Of a stretch of 64,000 nt of DNA, positions 61,276 through 64,000 are shown one piece after another. Under the pieces are notes generated by a model. That model saw only the letters and a program-made list of their open reading frames with translations. It had not been told where the DNA came from and did no database searches. Source of the stretch: Phycisphaerae bacterium (GTDB lineage Bacteria; Planctomycetota; Phycisphaerae; UBA1845; Fen-1342); contig JASFQK010000012.1 of the NCBI GenBank assembly GCA_050115495.1, positions 64,001 through 128,000 of the forward strand, in the 5' to 3' direction. Position 1 is the stretch's first letter; each line of letters begins with the position of its first letter. The position numbers and the translations under genes were made by a program.

Positions 61276-64000
61276 GTGAGCTCACTTCTCGCCGAATACG
61301 CCGCGAAGCTCGAACGCGACCATGCCGTCCCGAACTACATCGAGCCCACCATCGTGCTGGTGGATCGCAAGGGCGCGGACGGCCAGATCGCCCTGCGGCC
61401 GTTCGAGTGGCTGATTCGGCAGTTCGCCGACGGCATCGCCCGCACCTGGCTCGTCGTCGCGCCTAGCGGCGCGGGCAAAACGTCGCTGACCTGGCACGCG
61501 GCCATCCAGGCCTGCTACGCCGATCAGTGCCCCGTTTTCGTCAACCCGCTGACGTTACAGCTCTGCTGGGAGGACGGTATCCGCCCGGCGGAGTTCGTGC
61601 TCCAGGCCAAACCAAGTCACTTTCCCCAGGACGACTGGCGGCAGATCGTCGAGGACAACCGGCTCGTCTTGATCATCGACGCCGTCAACGAGCTGCAGCG
61701 CACGGTGAGCGAGGGCCAGTGGGACTTCCTCCTACGCCTGCTGGCCGGCGGACACCCGACGCCGGTGCTGGCCACGTCGCGCTACGCCGTCGATCCGCTT
61801 CAGACCCCGGGCCAGGGGCTGCGAGACGTTGAAACGCTCGACCTGGATGAGCTGACCGAGGACCAGATTCTCGCCTACCTGGCGAGACGCGGCCTCTCCG
61901 ACGGCGACGAGCACCTGCGCGCTTTTCGAGCGGCGGGCATCGAGTTGGCGGCCCGCAACCCCTACCTTCTCAAACTGCTTACCGACTTGCTGCAGTATCA
62001 GCTCGAGGGGAGCCAAACGCGGGAGATTCCCCGGACGCGTGCGGAACTGCTGCTGGCCACCGTCCTGAGGCCCATTCGTGAGCATCGCCTAAAGCCGGCG
62101 GAAGTCGACCTGGCCAACACGGGACTGTCGATGGAGGCCGTGTTGACGGCGGCGGCCACGACCCTCTACGCCAGCGGCGGGCAACAGGCCCGCCTGGCCG
62201 ACGTGCGCGACGCGCTGGTGCGCGTCTGGCCCGACCGGGAGGCCGTCGAGCAGGCCATCGTCGCGTTCTTCGATACCCAGATGGCGGATCTGGCGGAAGA
62301 CAGCGGCGGCGACAAGGTCTTCCGCCTGACGCACGACTCGCTTCGCGACTTCGGGCTTGCCCTCGGCTGGCGCGAGGCGTCGCCGCCGGACTTCGTCTTT
62401 CATCCGGGACACCTGAACCAGTGTTTCGCGGATTGGGTCGGGATGCCTCCGCGGGCCGGGTCGGACGGGGATTCGGACGCGGACGAACTGGCGCTGACCT
62501 ACCTGAATGAACTCGCCCGCCTCGGTTCCTGGGAGATCATGAGCGACGTCCTCGGCGCCAACCGTGGCCGCCTCTCCGAACAGACGCGCTCGGAGTACTG
62601 GGAGGCCATCGGCGAGGCGTTGCGTGACGTCGAATCCGAAGCGGCCGGGTCCATGGCCGACCAGCTGACGCGATTGCCCAAGGCGGTGCTGTTCGAAGCG
62701 GCCCACCACGGCATCCTGCGGCCTCTGCGTCTGCGTCTGTCTCGTCTGATCAAGGGGAGGATCAGACGTCCTGCGCAAAATGAGCCGACCGTGTCGAAAG
62801 ACAGACTCCTGCGCGACGTGTATGTCCGCTTCGTCACGCGCCGGCTGGACAGCCGAGGCCTGCAGCGGGCGGCACGCGAGGCACGCGGCGAGAAGTCGTT
62901 CGCCCGGCCGCGCTGGTGGCGGCACGCTGCGGATGAGCCGCGTCCTTTCGTCCGCCCCGACGCCGCCGAAATACACCACCTCATCGATACTCTGGGTGAT
63001 CCCCGCCGATTGGACCGCGATCGCGGCTTTGCGTCCCAGCGGTTGGGACTGATCGGGGACCCCATCGCCGTTCCGGTCCTGTGTCAGGTGCTCCGCGAGT
63101 GCGTCGAGCCCGTCCACCGCCGCCTGCGGGGTTCGTGCGCCAACTCGCTGGGGTTGATCGGCGACGAGTCTGCCGTGGAGGATCTGGTGGCGGCGATGAA
63201 GGGGGACGCCGACCCGGTTGTTCGCGGTTCATGCACCAACGCCCTCGGACTCATCGGTGACCGAGCGGCCGCGCGGGCCCTGATGGAAACACTGCTGCGT
63301 GACGACGACCCGGTGAATCGTGGTGCGGCCGCCAAGGCGCTGGGACTGATCGGCGACAAGGTGGCCGTGGAGGACCTGACCAGCGCACTGAAACAGGATG
63401 ACGACCCGATGAACCGTGGTGCGGCCGCCAACGCACTCGGTCTGATCGGGGACAAGGCGGCCGTCGAGGATCTCTGCGAGGTTCTGCGCGATGACCAGGC
63501 ACGCCCGGACGTTCGCGGTTCCTGCGCCAACGCGCTGGGCCTGATCGGGGAGAAGGCCACCGTAGCCGAACTCTGCAAGGTCCTGCGCGATGACCGGGTA
63601 CGACCAGATGTACCCGCTTCGTGCGCCAACGCCCTGGGTCTGATCGGGGACAGGGTGGCCGTGCCGGATCTCTGCGTGGTTCTGCGCAACGACCGGGTGC
63701 GGCCGGACGTTCGTGGTTCCTGCGCCAACGCGCTAGGTCTGATCGGGGACGGGGTGGCCATGCCGGATCTCTGCGTGGTTCTGCGCGATGACCAGGCGCG
63801 ATCGGATATTCGCGGTTCGTGTGCCAACTCCCTGGGTCTGATCGGCGACAGGGCGGCCGTGCCGGATCTCTGCGTGGTCCTGCGCGATGACCAGGCGCGA
63901 TCGGATATCCGCGGGTCGTGTGCCAACGCCCTGGGACTGATCGGCGACAAGGTGGCTGTGCCAGATCTCTGCGGAGTCCTGCGCGATGAGCAGGCGAAAT
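61276..64000 (+). CDS. NACHT/STAND NTPase with C-terminal HEAT repeats (runs off window end)
   Basis: Not in the ORF track. From GTG at 61276: Walker A LVVAPSGAGKT, Walker B LVLIIDAVNE, sensor VLATSR, ARNPYLL; ten or more RGSCANALGLIGD repeats from 63043. Confidence 0.88.
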   Translation, partial: MSSLLAEYAAKLERDHAVPNYIEPTIVLVDRKGADGQIALRPFEWLIRQFADGIARTWLVVAPSGAGKTSLTWHAAIQACYADQCPVFVNPLTLQLCWEDGIRPAEFVLQAKPSHFPQDDWRQIVEDNRLVLIIDAVNELQRTVSEGQWDFLLRLLAGGHPTPVLATSRYAVDPLQTPGQGLRDVETLDLDELTEDQILAYLARRGLSDGDEHLRAFRAAGIELAARNPYLLKLLTDLLQYQLEGSQTREIPRTRAELLLATVLRPIREHRLKPAEVDLANTGLSMEAVLTAAATTLYASGGQQARLADVRDALVRVWPDREAVEQAIVAFFDTQMADLAEDSGGDKVFRLTHDSLRDFGLALGWREASPPDFVFHPGHLNQCFADWVGMPPRAGSDGDSDADELALTYLNELARLGSWEIMSDVLGANRGRLSEQTRSEYWEAIGEALRDVESEAAGSMADQLTRLPKAVLFEAAHHGILRPLRLRLSRLIKGRIRRPAQNEPTVSKDRLLRDVYVRFVTRRLDSRGLQRAAREARGEKSFARPRWWRHAADEPRPFVRPDAAEIHHLIDTLGDPRRLDRDRGFASQRLGLIGDPIAVPVLCQVLRECVEPVHRRLRGSCANSLGLIGDESAVEDLVAAMKGDADPVVRGSCTNALGLIGDRAAARALMETLLRDDDPVNRGAAAKALGLIGDKVAVEDLTSALKQDDDPMNRGAAANALGLIGDKAAVEDLCEVLRDDQARPDVRGSCANALGLIGEKATVAELCKVLRDDRVRPDVPASCANALGLIGDRVAVPDLCVVLRNDRVRPDVRGSCANALGLIGDGVAMPDLCVVLRDDQARSDIRGSCANSLGLIGDRAAVPDLCVVLRDDQARSDIRGSCANALGLIGDKVAVPDLCGVLRDEQAK

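Noticed and set aside
63084..63950. Repetitive 288-aa - strand ORF, or a DNA repeat array read as non-coding
   Set aside because: Antisense of the in-frame HEAT repeats of the + strand gene.

Overview
A GC-rich bacterial window whose gene content points to Planctomycetota, probably Phycisphaerae. This is an inference from the dockerin-like C-termini, PEP-CTERM proteins, Zn-ribbon membrane proteins and the groEL-groES-groEL-dnaJ-grpE order. About 48 CDS are supported. They include a signalling cluster (PAS kinase, FIST/NosP protein with a coupled hybrid kinase, and a 3xPAS hybrid kinase) and a glycosylation operon (GT2-GT4 fusion, GT-C-like membrane protein, GtrB-like GT2, methyltransferase, GtrA). 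Housekeeping genes include aspS, rlmN, ilvE, yggS, an RluA-like gene and LOG. There is also a CdaA-CdaR-like fusion with non-canonical DAC motifs and a surface-protein region with dockerin and PEP-CTERM proteins around an uncharacterised HTH-like protein. The right end holds a chaperone operon with a consensus sigma54 promoter, an MsbA-like ABC transporter and a truncated NACHT-HEAT protein. The most unusual observation is a secreted dockerin-bearing protein (39637-42771) whose caspase/legumain-like domain appears circularly permuted, with the Cys motif about 200 aa before the His-Gly motif. Intergenic DNA carries several REP/REPIN-like palindromes and short tandem repeats. No rRNA, tRNA, CRISPR array or transposase was recognised. 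All calls come from reading motifs by eye; no searches were run.
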